DNA of 63,998 nucleotides, filler included, from an uncultured Myxococcia bacterium (GCA_964617105.1; 7 parts of 7 records of this genome joined end to end with filler, not necessarily neighbours in it); one strand, 5' to 3'; shown: positions 17,524-28,435, counted from the first letter of the whole stretch. Numbers and translations: made by a program. Notes: generated from the sequence alone by a model not told the origin.

Positions 17524-17666
17524 GAAACACCTCGCAAATTATTAGTTAGTTAGTGTCCGCAAGGATACTATCAATTCATGGGCAAATAATTACCATAAAC
17601 TACCCTTTTTCACAACTTAAAAGGTTATATTTGGCGCGGATTATTTACTTAGTGAGCCCTTAGTGA

Positions 17667-17695
17667 TTGACAGGAAAAAAAAATAAGATTATTAT
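17667..17695 (+). promoter_or_regulatory. sigma70 promoter with A9 tract in the spacer
   Basis: TTGACA-N17-TATTAT. Confidence 0.65.
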
Positions 17696-17764
17696 TTTTA
17701 GATAAAAGTATAATTTAAATTTTCCAATAGCCATTCATAATAGCCACTCAGAAGGATAATAGAA

Positions 17765-19132
17765 ATGTTAAAGAGGATAGTTCTGGCTCTTTTGTTGATT
17801 ATTTTCATCGCCTCTCCAACTTTGGCCAAAAAGAAAAAAAATCAAAAGGACAAAAAGGAGGAGATATCTTCTGAAGAAAAGTTAAAAATGGAATTAGATC
17901 CGGTGGATCTAATTGAAGAAAAAATGTCTGACTTGCTGAAAGAGAGGCAGAAACTAGACAAAAAACTTGAGCAACTAGAAAAGCAAGTTAATAAGGTTGA
18001 CAAGGAGCTCAAAAGTGGTTTTGGTCGGATGCAAACCAGGATGATTGACCAGGACAGTAAACTGGGAAGTAAAATAATCAAACTGGAAGATTCCCTGGAG
18101 GCTTTTAAAGCAGAAAATCTAGCCAGATTAGACATGGAACTCGGCGCTAATCTGGATATCACCACCACCCTGATCAATGCCCGGGACGTCCCCTTCACAC
18201 CGGGTAGTTTACTGTTATATTTTAGCAAGAATTTTGCCAACATTATCTCTTTTGCTACTGCCATAGATATTTACAACTCCAAACCATTGATCCGTTCTGC
18301 TTTTTTTGACCTGGTCACAACCGAAAACCGAACTCGACCCTATGGTAATATGTTCAATTCTCAAGGGTTTCATTTGCAGGCCGGCCGGTTTGAATTACCC
18401 TTTGGCCTTGACTATAAGTATTTGATCCCTTTTGAAAGGATCAGTATCTCTGCTCCCTTGACCACCGACATTATCCTTAGAAACCTTAGCGATCTCAATG
18501 AAGAAGATTGGCAGAATGGGCCCAAAATAATCAGTGGCAACGGTATTCGTACCTTTTATTCTACCAACTTCTTTGATTTGGCCGCCTACATGGTTAACGG
18601 TAAAGAAAGCGATTACCTTCATCAACAAAAGGGGATGGCCATGGGCGGAAGTATCCATTTCTATCCTATTCGCGAAACCTACCTGGCCCACAAAAGTGGC
18701 AGTGAACAACTGGCTGCTGTGGGTTTTTCTTATCTGGTCAACATTGATAACGATTTTAACAAAGAATTTTATCTAATTAGTGCGGATATTGACATCCGTT
18801 CCGGCCCGGTGGGATTGCAAGGGGAATATGTCTTTACCGAAGATAGACAGCAGGAAAATCGTCAGTGGGGATACTACTGTCTATTTTCTTACCATTTTGA
18901 TCTTTTACCAGCCTATTTTTTCTCTAGATTTGAGCAATGGAAACCCAAGGATACCAAAATGAGCACAGTGTGGATTAATAATGAATTGAGTAAAATTTCT
19001 GCTGGTTTGGGGTACCGAATTTCTAATTTTTTACTGGTTAAGGGGGAGTATGAAAACTATTTGGACAGCACCATCTTTGATCCAGCCCTGATAAATAATA
19101 CCATTAAAATTCAAGTGGTTGGAAAATTTTAA
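17765..19132 (+). CDS. Outer-membrane porin with N-terminal coiled coil
   Basis: Signal peptide, coiled coil, QAGRFELPFG, alternating beta strands, C-terminal Phe. Confidence 0.75.
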   Translation: MLKRIVLALLLIIFIASPTLAKKKKNQKDKKEEISSEEKLKMELDPVDLIEEKMSDLLKERQKLDKKLEQLEKQVNKVDKELKSGFGRMQTRMIDQDSKLGSKIIKLEDSLEAFKAENLARLDMELGANLDITTTLINARDVPFTPGSLLLYFSKNFANIISFATAIDIYNSKPLIRSAFFDLVTTENRTRPYGNMFNSQGFHLQAGRFELPFGLDYKYLIPFERISISAPLTTDIILRNLSDLNEEDWQNGPKIISGNGIRTFYSTNFFDLAAYMVNGKESDYLHQQKGMAMGGSIHFYPIRETYLAHKSGSEQLAAVGFSYLVNIDNDFNKEFYLISADIDIRSGPVGLQGEYVFTEDRQQENRQWGYYCLFSYHFDLLPAYFFSRFEQWKPKDTKMSTVWINNELSKISAGLGYRISNFLLVKGEYENYLDSTIFDPALINNTIKIQVVGKF

Positions 19133-19173
19133 TCTATTTTCGTTTAACAGACAACAATTATAGGAAAAACGAG

Positions 19174-19806
19174 ATGAATACCGTGGATAGAAGAAAAACT
19201 AGGTTAATTTCCGTCCGAGAATTGGTTATACTGTTAGTTATTTCGATTATAAGTTTATTTCAAACAGCCAGAGCCGATGAGGTCCGCAAAAAAAACCCAC
19301 ATTCGCATATGCGTGAACAAAACAAATGTATCTCTTGTCATGTAAGCAAACCAACCGACCCACCTCTGATCAATATTAAAGACAAGGAAACAAACTTTCA
19401 ACAATTGTTAAAGGCTCAAAAACAGAGACCCAAAAAAGGACAACTTCAGTTCGTTCCCCTTATTGAAAATGGGAAGTCAGAAATTGAAAAGAGTAAGAGT
19501 AACCGCCGGCTTAAAGAGCCGGTAACCGAAATTTGCAGCAAGTGCCATCAGCGGGACATTATGAGCCACCCAATTGATGTTTTACCTCGAAAGGCTAAAC
19601 TTCCGGCAGATTTACCCATTTACAGGAAAAAATTGACTTGTATCAGTTGTCACCAACCCCATGGACCCTGGCGTTCTAAAAGGCCCTGGCGTTCCACCAG
19701 TTTTTTTAAACGTTTTTTTATGCCTAAAAAATATTATAGAACCTTTTTTTTACGACGCAACAATGTAGATGGAGAACTGTGCCGTTCATGTCACCAGTGG
19801 GAATGA
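19174..19806 (+). CDS. Periplasmic tetraheme cytochrome c
   Basis: Signal peptide; four CxxCH motifs (CISCH, CSKCH, CISCH, CRSCH). Confidence 0.9.
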   Translation: MNTVDRRKTRLISVRELVILLVISIISLFQTARADEVRKKNPHSHMREQNKCISCHVSKPTDPPLINIKDKETNFQQLLKAQKQRPKKGQLQFVPLIENGKSEIEKSKSNRRLKEPVTEICSKCHQRDIMSHPIDVLPRKAKLPADLPIYRKKLTCISCHQPHGPWRSKRPWRSTSFFKRFFMPKKYYRTFFLRRNNVDGELCRSCHQWE

Positions 19807-19886
19807 ACCATCAATATATTAAGCGATTGTTAATTATCCGGCAATCAATTACTGGAAATGCTTTTCGATCTTAAGGAGTGAATAAA

Positions 19887-19953
19887 ATGGAAGAACAACA
19901 CGGCTCAATTAAGAGAAAAAATTATTTTGTCAAAAAATCCTTTCAAGCCAACG
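19887..19953 (+). CDS. N-terminus of a probable HAMP/membrane signalling protein (partial)
   Basis: RBS AAGGAG; MEEQHGSIKRKNYFVKKSFQ. Confidence 0.4.
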
Positions 19954-20053
19954 NNNNNNNNNNNNNNNNNNNNNNNNNNNNNNNNNNNNNNNNNNNNTTA
20001 ATTAATTAANNNNNNNNNNNNNNNNNNNNNNNNNNNNNNNNNNNNNNNNNNNN

Positions 20054-21217
20054 CCGAAGCCTAGAAAAAAAGCGCCGGCCCCCCCAAAGGCAAAGGCTAG
20101 AGTGCAGATGGTGGAGTTATACGATTCGCCCGCTTACGGACCAAAACATGCCAAGGTAACCATAGTGGAGTTTTCCGACTTTGAATGCCCATATTGTTCC
20201 CGGGGCGCCAATATTATGAAACAGGTTATTGAAGCCTACCAAGACAAGGTAAAAGTGGTTTTCAAAAACAATCCTCTCCATTTTCATCCTAAGGCTTTAC
20301 CTGCAGCCAAGGCAGTTTTGGCTGCTCAAGAACAGGGTAAATTTTGGCCCTTTCATTACAAATTGTTCGAAAACAGCAAGCAACTCAACCAGGAAACTTT
20401 TATCCGTATAGCCGGAGAGGTTGGGCTAAACGTGGACAAATTCAAAAAGGATTTGACTAACAATGACGCCAAATACCAGGCACTGATTAAAAGGGACCAA
20501 CAGCAGGCAGCTCAAATCGGAGCCCGGGGAACCCCCACCTTTTTTGTAAACGGCATGGTGGTCAGAGGCGCTCAACCATTCCCCAATTTTAAAAGAGTAA
20601 TAGACAGTGAGCTTGAGAAAGCCGATAAGTTGCTGAAAGAGGGAGTAAAACTGGAAGACCTTTACCCCGAGATAGTCAAGCGGGCCGAGGAGTTATCCGC
20701 GGTGAAAATAGGGATCGCCCATTCTCCCGTCTTAGGCCCTAAAGACGCTCCGGTCACCGTGGTTGAATTCAGTGATTTTCAATGTCCCTTCTGTAAACGT
20801 GGTCACGATACCATGGATGAATTAGTTAAGAAATACCAGGGCAAAATTAAGTTGGTTTTCAAACATCAGCCCCTCTCCTTTCACAAGCAGGCTTTTCCTG
20901 CTGCGGTAGCCTCCATGGCGGCCCATCGCCAGGGCAAATTTTGGGCATATCACGATAAACTGTTTGAAAATTACAAGAGTTTAAACCCCGACTTATTTAT
21001 CAAAATCGCCCAGGAATTAAAACTGGACATCAATAAATTTAAAAAAGATTTAGATAATGAACAGATCAAAGGGATGGTGAGAGCAGATCAAAAAGAGGCC
21101 AGCCGGGTAGGTGCCGATGGAACTCCCACTTTTTTTGTAAATGGCAATGTCATTGAAGGGGCCGTACCCATCAATGTGTTTAGTGCGGCGGTAGATAAAG
21201 AGTTGAAAAAGAAATAG
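20054..21217 (+). CDS. Tandem DsbA/thioredoxin-domain protein (5' partial)
   Basis: Two domains: FSDFECPYC and FSDFQCPFC, each followed by GTPTFFVNG. Confidence 0.9.
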   Translation, partial: PKPRKKAPAPPKAKARVQMVELYDSPAYGPKHAKVTIVEFSDFECPYCSRGANIMKQVIEAYQDKVKVVFKNNPLHFHPKALPAAKAVLAAQEQGKFWPFHYKLFENSKQLNQETFIRIAGEVGLNVDKFKKDLTNNDAKYQALIKRDQQQAAQIGARGTPTFFVNGMVVRGAQPFPNFKRVIDSELEKADKLLKEGVKLEDLYPEIVKRAEELSAVKIGIAHSPVLGPKDAPVTVVEFSDFQCPFCKRGHDTMDELVKKYQGKIKLVFKHQPLSFHKQAFPAAVASMAAHRQGKFWAYHDKLFENYKSLNPDLFIKIAQELKLDINKFKKDLDNEQIKGMVRADQKEASRVGADGTPTFFVNGNVIEGAVPINVFSAAVDKELKKK

Positions 21218-21218
21218 G

Positions 21219-21344
21219 TATGGACGACGATAGCGGCGCATCTACGTTGTTGCCCAAAACTATTTAATCCTCGACGTATAAAACATACGCCTGCGGTTAA
21301 ATAGTTTTGGGCGCCTAGTATCTGCACCACTCTCGTCGTCCATA
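21219..21344. repeat. 126-bp palindromic MITE/REP-like element
   Basis: 12-bp terminal IR TATGGACGACGA/TCGTCGTCCATA; inner perfect 16-bp IR 21252-21267/21297-21312. Confidence 0.85.
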
Positions 21345-21370
21345 AATAGGGAATTTAGGAGATAGAGCGT

Positions 21371-22387
21371 ATGCTTATTGTGATGGATAGAGATGCATCA
21401 CAACCACAAGTGGATAGGGTGGTTGAGGTAATTGAGGCACGCGGCTGGAAGGCCAATATTATTCCTGGCGGCACCCGTGTTTCTATTGGAATAACCCATA
21501 ATCCCAGTGCAATGGAGCCGCATGTTTTTTTGATGATGGACGGGGTTGCAGAGGCAATTCCGGTAAGTAAACCCTACAAACTGGTCAGTCGGGAAGTAAA
21601 AAGAGACGACACTGTAGTTAAGGTTGATTCCGACTGTGCTATTGGAGGCGAAAATTTTACCGTAATTGCCGGTCCTTGTGCAGTGGAAGGTGAAGAATCG
21701 TTGTTGTCTGTGGCCCGGGAAGTTAAAAAAGCGGGTGCTACTTTTTTACGGGGGGGAGCATACAAACCCCGGACTTCGCCATACAGTTTCCAGGGGATGC
21801 GGAAACAGGGTCTGGAGATCTTAAAGAAAGCCCGGGAAGAAACCGGACTTAGAATAATAACCGAAGTAAAAGATGTGCAAACCTTGGATCTGGTAGCGGA
21901 ATATGCCGATGTTCTCCAGGTGGGGGCGCGTAATATGCAGAACTTCACCCTGCTGGAAGCGGTGGGAAAGGTTGATAAACCGGTTCTGTTAAAAAGAGGC
22001 ATGTCTTCTACCATAAATGAGTTATTGATGGCGGCGGAGTATATAGTATCCAATGGAAACTACCGGATAATTTATTGTGAGCGAGGAATAAGAACCTTTG
22101 AAACCATTACCAGGAACACCCTGGATTTGGGGGCGGTTACAGTCCTGAAAAAACTTTCTCATTTACCAGTAATCGTGGATCCTTCTCATGGTCTCGGTCT
22201 TTGGTACGGGGTACCTCCTCTATGTCGGGCAGCCCTGGCTGTTGGGGCTGATGGCATTATGGTTGAGGTTCACAACAATCCTTTAGAGGCGCTCTCCGAT
22301 GGGGCGCAATCAATTACTCCACAAAGGTTTGCCTCCATGATGGAGCAAATGAGAAAGATGGCGCCGCTTTTAGACAAGAAAATTTGA
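21371..22387 (+). CDS. aroF: DAHP synthase type I-beta with N-terminal regulatory domain
   Basis: AGPCAVE, RGGAYKPRTSPYSFQG, GARNMQN, ERGIRTFE, DPSH. Confidence 0.95.
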   Translation: MLIVMDRDASQPQVDRVVEVIEARGWKANIIPGGTRVSIGITHNPSAMEPHVFLMMDGVAEAIPVSKPYKLVSREVKRDDTVVKVDSDCAIGGENFTVIAGPCAVEGEESLLSVAREVKKAGATFLRGGAYKPRTSPYSFQGMRKQGLEILKKAREETGLRIITEVKDVQTLDLVAEYADVLQVGARNMQNFTLLEAVGKVDKPVLLKRGMSSTINELLMAAEYIVSNGNYRIIYCERGIRTFETITRNTLDLGAVTVLKKLSHLPVIVDPSHGLGLWYGVPPLCRAALAVGADGIMVEVHNNPLEALSDGAQSITPQRFASMMEQMRKMAPLLDKKI

Positions 22388-22445
22388 CCTAAAAAGGTTG
22401 ATTTTATATGATAATTTTATAAAATAATAACCATGGGGCAATTAA

Positions 22446-24056
22446 ATGGCTGATCAAAACAACAATCAATCTCAACTGCAAAACAATTTAGGTGACGAAA
22501 ATATGGGAACCGACTCTGATACTGATTCAATTTTATCAAAAAATAACCGAAGCCTTCTGGCTGTTTTGCTGTGGGGTTTAACAACAGTTTTACTTCAGTA
22601 TTCTGTGTTTAATACCTGGGGGGTAATCGGCCTGGTAATTGGTATTGCAGTACTGTTGGTACCACTTTATCTTATACTAAATTACCATTCCAAGGTTATT
22701 ATTCAAAATGCCCAGGAAACCATAGCCGATAGTTGGCAGCAATTTGAAGATCGAAAAGTATCAATGAATAAACAATTGGCCCAACTGCGGCATTCGGCTG
22801 ACAATTTTCCCAAAATTATCGGAGGCCTTCTATCCCACAATAAAGAGTTTGCTGCTAGAATCAAAACCGTTAAGAAATATGTAGAGGACCAAGAAATAAT
22901 CCTGGGAAATATCCAATCTGTCCAGGGAAGAAGTTCATCTTTGCAGCATAAAATATCCAGTGAAGGGCTGACTGAACAACAATTTTTAATTGAATTGAAC
23001 TCACTGTCCAGTAACATTAAGAGAAATATTAATGAAATGTCCACCTGTTCAATCCAAATTGATGAATTTGTTCAGGAACACAACAGTTTTGTAGGTGACG
23101 TGATTGATAATGTTGAAATAATATCAAAAGAATCGGATAAAACCTATTCTGCGGTTAATGATATTTTACAGTCCATTAAGAAAGTGGATAACGATATCAG
23201 TGGTTTTGTAGACTACACTAATGAAACCATTGAGTTGGTTAAAACCGGGCGTAACCTGTTTTTACAAACCGCCGAGCATATTCACCAGATAAAACAAGGG
23301 TTGGCTGGTTCTGCTGAAATTATTAAGACTCTTAACCAAAAATCGATTGAAATCGGAGAAATTGTCAACGTGATCGAAAATATTTCCGATAAAACCAAAT
23401 TGCTGGCTTTAAATGCCAAAATTATGGCTGCTCAGGCAGGTGTGCATGGACGCGGATTTTCGGTGGTGGCAGACGAGATGACCAACCTCTCTGAAAATAC
23501 CATCCGATCCACCAAAAATATCGAAGCCTTGATTAAATCGCTGCAGCGGGAAGCCAAAATAATATTAGGAGCACTGCAAGAAGATATCAAGCGGGTTAAT
23601 AGCGGAGTCTCCTATTCAGACAAAGCATCGGACGCCCTGACCGATATCTACCGCGCCTCTATTAATTCTAAAAAAATGACCAAGAAAATCAAACAGTCTA
23701 TTATCGAACAATCAAAGGAAGGGGATAAGGTAAAGGATAATGCCGGTAAGGTGACCACCATTGTCAGTAAGGCCAAACAGTTGATTAAAGAAGGCTTCAA
23801 CAAAGAAGATAGTATCTTCGGCGTATTGAACAGTACCAACAAGGTGGTGAAAAAACTTTCAACCAGTACTACCAGGCAGACAGAGATATGCAAAACCTAC
23901 AAAGGGGTAATAGATAATCTTGACAATTGCTTTTCCGAAATCAACAACATCTCCTTAGCCGATGGCACCAATGTGTACAGCGCTATTAAAGAATTGGAGA
24001 AAAAAGGGGAAGAGATCAGCGATTCTATTGATAGCCTTAAAGAAAAAATCAACTAG
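22446..24056 (+). CDS. Methyl-accepting chemotaxis protein
   Basis: Two TM helices; hairpin KTKLLALNAKIMAAQAGVHGRGFSVVADE. Confidence 0.9.
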   Translation: MADQNNNQSQLQNNLGDENMGTDSDTDSILSKNNRSLLAVLLWGLTTVLLQYSVFNTWGVIGLVIGIAVLLVPLYLILNYHSKVIIQNAQETIADSWQQFEDRKVSMNKQLAQLRHSADNFPKIIGGLLSHNKEFAARIKTVKKYVEDQEIILGNIQSVQGRSSSLQHKISSEGLTEQQFLIELNSLSSNIKRNINEMSTCSIQIDEFVQEHNSFVGDVIDNVEIISKESDKTYSAVNDILQSIKKVDNDISGFVDYTNETIELVKTGRNLFLQTAEHIHQIKQGLAGSAEIIKTLNQKSIEIGEIVNVIENISDKTKLLALNAKIMAAQAGVHGRGFSVVADEMTNLSENTIRSTKNIEALIKSLQREAKIILGALQEDIKRVNSGVSYSDKASDALTDIYRASINSKKMTKKIKQSIIEQSKEGDKVKDNAGKVTTIVSKAKQLIKEGFNKEDSIFGVLNSTNKVVKKLSTSTTRQTEICKTYKGVIDNLDNCFSEINNISLADGTNVYSAIKELEKKGEEISDSIDSLKEKIN

Positions 24057-24081
24057 TGTCATGTCAAGTGTCAACAGATAT

Positions 24082-27000
24082 TTAAATTGATTTTCTCGGG
24101 AATTTCAAATAGGGAATGATGGCATCATTTTTTATACCACCGGTACCGTCATACTCTATTGTTACTATGGGAATTCCCGCTAACTCCTCGATTCTCTTTG
24201 ACATGGCTTCGGTAACTAATGATGGGCAGCAAAAAGATGGGTTTGCTTGAACAAACAGGGCCAAATCGGGATAATGTTGCTTTAACACAAAGATTTTGAG
24301 GATATTTTCCATAGATTCACCGGTGTGATTTAATTTGACATTCAGTTTGGCTAAGATCTCCTCATAGGGTATGGAGTAATCGTAATCAGGTTCCTGGAGA
24401 ATCTGGTTGAAGTAATTGTAATACCGTTTTTCCAGTCTAGGCATCAACAGGAACATCAATTGAGCCATGGCTGCATGCCGGTAAAGACCTTCACTGAACC
24501 ACTTTTTTATATATGGTTCACCAATAATTTTTACGTAATCAGTATAGGCGGTGGTGATCACTTCACCGCCATTTTCTTCGATGGTTTTAATCAGGTCTTG
24601 GTTCAAAGTACAGTTGTCGCGGGAATAGAGATCGCCAAAAATCGCCACTTTGACCTTTTTCTCTTCGAAAACCGGGATAGATTTGAACATCTCCACCACC
24701 TGTTCCACTATTTCTTCCTGAGGCATAACATGATGTAAAAACATCTGGTAAAATAGTTTTAGCGAACGTTCAATTACTGCATCAGTGGTACCTTTGACCT
24801 TTTCGTAGGGTCTGATTTTGCAGCCCATCCGTTTTAACATCCCGGCGAACATATAGCCCAAATAGATGCTCATAGAGGTTTTTAGAGAAAAGTCCAAAAA
24901 GGTGATTTCCCCTTGATATACTGAAACTTTTTCCATACCCTGCCCATAAGAGTCCAAAATTTTCTTAATGTAAAAAGGAAATATGCCCAGGCTGCAGGAG
25001 ATTTGCGATTTTACACACCATACTGCCGCGTTTTCAGGTTTGATGTTGTTTTTATTAATATAGTCGATGGTGCCTTGAACTATAGCGGTAAGGGGCAGGC
25101 ACTGGCCGGTATTTAAGCGCAGACTTCTCTGAATGGTTTCTTCGGTTTCTTCCAAAAGCCGGGCATCTACTTTTTCCTTTCGCAATATCGCTTCCATCAG
25201 TTTGCCCACCAACCGGTCCCAATTAGGCAGGAAAAGAGTTTTTCCTTCTAGACCTTCTACGGCCTTTATCGATTGGGAGTTAATAACATAGTCACTGGTA
25301 AGAGGTTTACCCCGATTGATTTGGTGGTGATTGCGAAATGATCTTATGGCTGCTTCGATCCGGGTTTCGTATCCCACGCTGGAGTCGTGTTCGTCCAGTT
25401 GCAGGATAAGGTAGGGTTTTTTGTAGGCCTGGAGAAGAGTTTTAAAATATTCGATTATATATGAGTCCGGGGTGCATTTGAAAGAGGTTATCAACACCGG
25501 GTACACCCCAGGAGTATGGGCAACAACTTCAGCCGCTTCCAGGATTTGAGCGCCATAGTTCCAGTGCAGGGCCTTTAAAATTTGTTCTGCTACCTTTATA
25601 TCCTGGTGGTTTGAAGAAAGCATCTCCTGACTGAAAGGTTTTATCCCCTGCCGAACAAAAATATCGGGTATGGAGTTGTTCATTAATGGGGAGAGGATGG
25701 TATAGGGGNNNNNNNNNNNNNNNNNNNNNNNNNNNNNNNNNNNNNNNNNNNNNNNNNNNNNNNNNNCATCCGACTTATTTAACTCCCGTTTATACACCAT
25801 TTGCATCTGTTGCCGGGCTTGCTTAAAATGCTCTACCGCCTTGTCATAGGCTGATGATACTTGCACCAGGCTGATATTTATTTGACTGATGGTTTTTAAC
25901 ATTTTATACAGTTGATATTTAGTGCTAAAAATACCTTGAGATGAGCGTATCAAGGGATTTAAGAGTTTGATTTTGTTTGATATATCTTTTACCGATCCAA
26001 CTACAGCGGCAGCATACTGGGTGTAATAACAGTATTGTCTTCTGATCTCTTTTTGCTGTTGTTTTACCTCCAGGTAATCGGGCAGGAAGATATAATCCAC
26101 CTTATCGGCCAAATAGTTCAGGTGACCGTGTAGTGCCGCCATGGGTGCACAGAATTCAGCACCGGCCAGCCGTGTTCCCTCTTTTATCGCATGTTTGTAT
26201 TTTTGGCTGGATAGGGTTTTTATAGACAAAGAGTCGAAGAAATGCTGCCAAAAGGGGAGATCTTCAAACAGGTGCAGGGCCGGGGGCAATCCAATGATCA
26301 GATCCTCATGAAAATGTTGAGATGGTTGGAATTTGAAGGCATTTTTTCGTTCTTTTAGCAGATCAAATCCTTTACTTTTCTCTATCCGTTTTTTGTCTTG
26401 GTAATCTTTTCCACACAAGAAGCCAAAAGCCACCTTTTCATTACCTACATTGGCGATCTTAAGTTTACAGTGATTAGCACACAATTGGCAGACTTCCGTC
26501 TTCACCGGAATATTTTGTTTATAAAGGTCTATCCCCTTAAACCGGCTGCCGGCCAATTGTGGTTTATCGGAGAGATCCAGGGCCACACCAAGCGCACCGG
26601 TCAGGTGACAGTATTTGGATACCATAATCGGTTTTTCCAGCCTCTGTTCAAAGGCGGATACCAGGGCTTTATTTTTGGCGGTGGCGCCTTGGAAAAATAT
26701 TTTTTCACCAATACTGTTTTCAGTGGCCACTTTGGTCAAATAGTTTTCCCGCACTGAATGGAGAACCGAGGCCAACACCTCATTGGAGGAGTATCCCTTG
26801 TTGAGATAATGGTTGAGGTCCCGCTCCATAAAAACGGTGCAGCGGTCGCTAGCCAGAGGAGCACGGGAGTTTTCTGCTTTGGCGGAGTAATCTTCCAGGG
26901 GGCAGTTCATTTTTTTTGCCATCTCTTCAATAAAACTGCCGGTGCCGGCGGCACAGACATTGTTCATAACCGAAAAAGTAACCGCCCCGTTTTTAAGGTT

Positions 27001-28338
27001 GGTAAATTTTGAATCCTGGCCTCCTATTTCGATAATGGTGTCAACTTCCGGGTCTAGTTCAAAGGCTGCCCGGGCATGGGCAGTAATTTCATCCAGGGCA
27101 AGGTCGGCACCCACAATTTGGCCGATAAACTTTCTACCCGATCCAGTGGTACCAACCGCCAGGATCTCCAGGGAGATATTGTTTTTTGAGATAATTTCAT
27201 CCAGAGCTGCGAAGATACTTTGGAGCGCTTCTATAGGCTGTCCGGCGGTTTTGGTGTAAAAGCCGGCCAATACCTGCTTGTTTTTGTCGATGATAATGGC
27301 TTTAGTGCTGGTGGAACCTATATCTAAGCCCAGTAAAATCTTTATTTTCTTCCTCTCCTCCAGGGGGTGATAAATATCCACCTCTACGGAGGCAGCAGAT
27401 GGCATTGCCTGGTAGTTGAACTGGTAAGAGCCAAAACTGTTAAATTCTGGGTATTGGGAGAGGGTTAACTTCAGCGGCAGAAAATGGTAAGATCTTTTTT
27501 CTTTTTGGATTATGAGCAGGTCGTCAGGACAGGTCAAAGACAGTGGCTGAGGAAGTTGATCGGTTTTTTCATCCATCAGGTTTATAGCGGCGCCAATGGC
27601 GCCATATAGATGAGAATAAGGGGAAACGGTTATTTCGGTGTTAAGGAGTTTGGCGATATGTTTTAACACCACCAGATTTTTTGATACTCCACCGGCAAAC
27701 AGTAATGGGGAGTTGATACTTCCCTTGCCAGATAGAGTATCAACGATATTTTTAGCCAGTCCAAATGAGAGCCCATCGCAGATCTCTTCCAGGGTATAGC
27801 CCTCTTGTTGGGCGTGGATCAGGTCGGTTTTGGCAAATACGGCACAGCGGGAGGCGATTTGGGGGATATCACCCTGGTTTTTAGCGGCTATTTGGCAAAA
27901 TTGTCTGATTCCTTCCAGGTTTAGACGGTTGGCCTGTTGGTCTAAAAATCCCCCGGTACCGGCAGCGCAAGAGGTGTTGGATTTATAACTGAGATAATCG
28001 CCGCTTTCATCAAAGGAGATCAGTCCGAATTTTTCTCCGCCTACTGCTATAATAGAACCAACTTTTTGGTGCAGGTTTTTGGCGGCACTTATCAGCGACA
28101 CCTTGGAGTCGTATTGCATAGCCTGCTTGAATATGGCTGGTGATGAGGAAGTTGTCGCCACATATCCAATTCGCTGGAGATTAAAATTGGTTAATAATTT
28201 TATCAGGTTCTTGCGGATTTCACCGCGATGGAAAGTATAGGCGTTGTTTAAGATCCGTTTTTCATGATTCAATTCCGCAATACTTATAGAGATAGAACCG
28301 ATATCGATACCCAATATATTGAGATTATCTAAATTCAT
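24082..28338 (-). CDS. Acyl-CoA dehydratase activase-related protein (two ASKHA activase domains plus DUF2229-like region)
   Basis: GIDIGS/GLDIGSTSTK, two CAAGTG motifs, RCAVF/RCTVF, IGGQDSK; internal gap 25709-25766. Confidence 0.9.
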   Translation of the reverse strand: MNLDNLNILGIDIGSISISIAELNHEKRILNNAYTFHRGEIRKNLIKLLTNFNLQRIGYVATTSSSPAIFKQAMQYDSKVSLISAAKNLHQKVGSIIAVGGEKFGLISFDESGDYLSYKSNTSCAAGTGGFLDQQANRLNLEGIRQFCQIAAKNQGDIPQIASRCAVFAKTDLIHAQQEGYTLEEICDGLSFGLAKNIVDTLSGKGSINSPLLFAGGVSKNLVVLKHIAKLLNTEITVSPYSHLYGAIGAAINLMDEKTDQLPQPLSLTCPDDLLIIQKEKRSYHFLPLKLTLSQYPEFNSFGSYQFNYQAMPSAASVEVDIYHPLEERKKIKILLGLDIGSTSTKAIIIDKNKQVLAGFYTKTAGQPIEALQSIFAALDEIISKNNISLEILAVGTTGSGRKFIGQIVGADLALDEITAHARAAFELDPEVDTIIEIGGQDSKFTNLKNGAVTFSVMNNVCAAGTGSFIEEMAKKMNCPLEDYSAKAENSRAPLASDRCTVFMERDLNHYLNKGYSSNEVLASVLHSVRENYLTKVATENSIGEKIFFQGATAKNKALVSAFEQRLEKPIMVSKYCHLTGALGVALDLSDKPQLAGSRFKGIDLYKQNIPVKTEVCQLCANHCKLKIANVGNEKVAFGFLCGKDYQDKKRIEKSKGFDLLKERKNAFKFQPSQHFHEDLIIGLPPALHLFEDLPFWQHFFDSLSIKTLSSQKYKHAIKEGTRLAGAEFCAPMAALHGHLNYLADKVDYIFLPDYLEVKQQQKEIRRQYCYYTQYAAAVVGSVKDISNKIKLLNPLIRSSQGIFSTKYQLYKMLKTISQINISLVQVSSAYDKAVEHFKQARQQMQMVYKRELNKSDXXXXXXXXXXXXXXXXXXXXPYTILSPLMNNSIPDIFVRQGIKPFSQEMLSSNHQDIKVAEQILKALHWNYGAQILEAAEVVAHTPGVYPVLITSFKCTPDSYIIEYFKTLLQAYKKPYLILQLDEHDSSVGYETRIEAAIRSFRNHHQINRGKPLTSDYVINSQSIKAVEGLEGKTLFLPNWDRLVGKLMEAILRKEKVDARLLEETEETIQRSLRLNTGQCLPLTAIVQGTIDYINKNNIKPENAAVWCVKSQISCSLGIFPFYIKKILDSYGQGMEKVSVYQGEITFLDFSLKTSMSIYLGYMFAGMLKRMGCKIRPYEKVKGTTDAVIERSLKLFYQMFLHHVMPQEEIVEQVVEMFKSIPVFEEKKVKVAIFGDLYSRDNCTLNQDLIKTIEENGGEVITTAYTDYVKIIGEPYIKKWFSEGLYRHAAMAQLMFLLMPRLEKRYYNYFNQILQEPDYDYSIPYEEILAKLNVKLNHTGESMENILKIFVLKQHYPDLALFVQANPSFCCPSLVTEAMSKRIEELAGIPIVTIEYDGTGGIKNDAIIPYLKFPRKSI

Positions 28339-28435
28339 ATATAAGCCTTTTTAAGTTCTAAGTTATACGACCCGAAAATTTTTCCGTCCGCTTGATTTTA
28401 GGTAGATCTCCAAAACTGTAATCGAAAAAATATGC

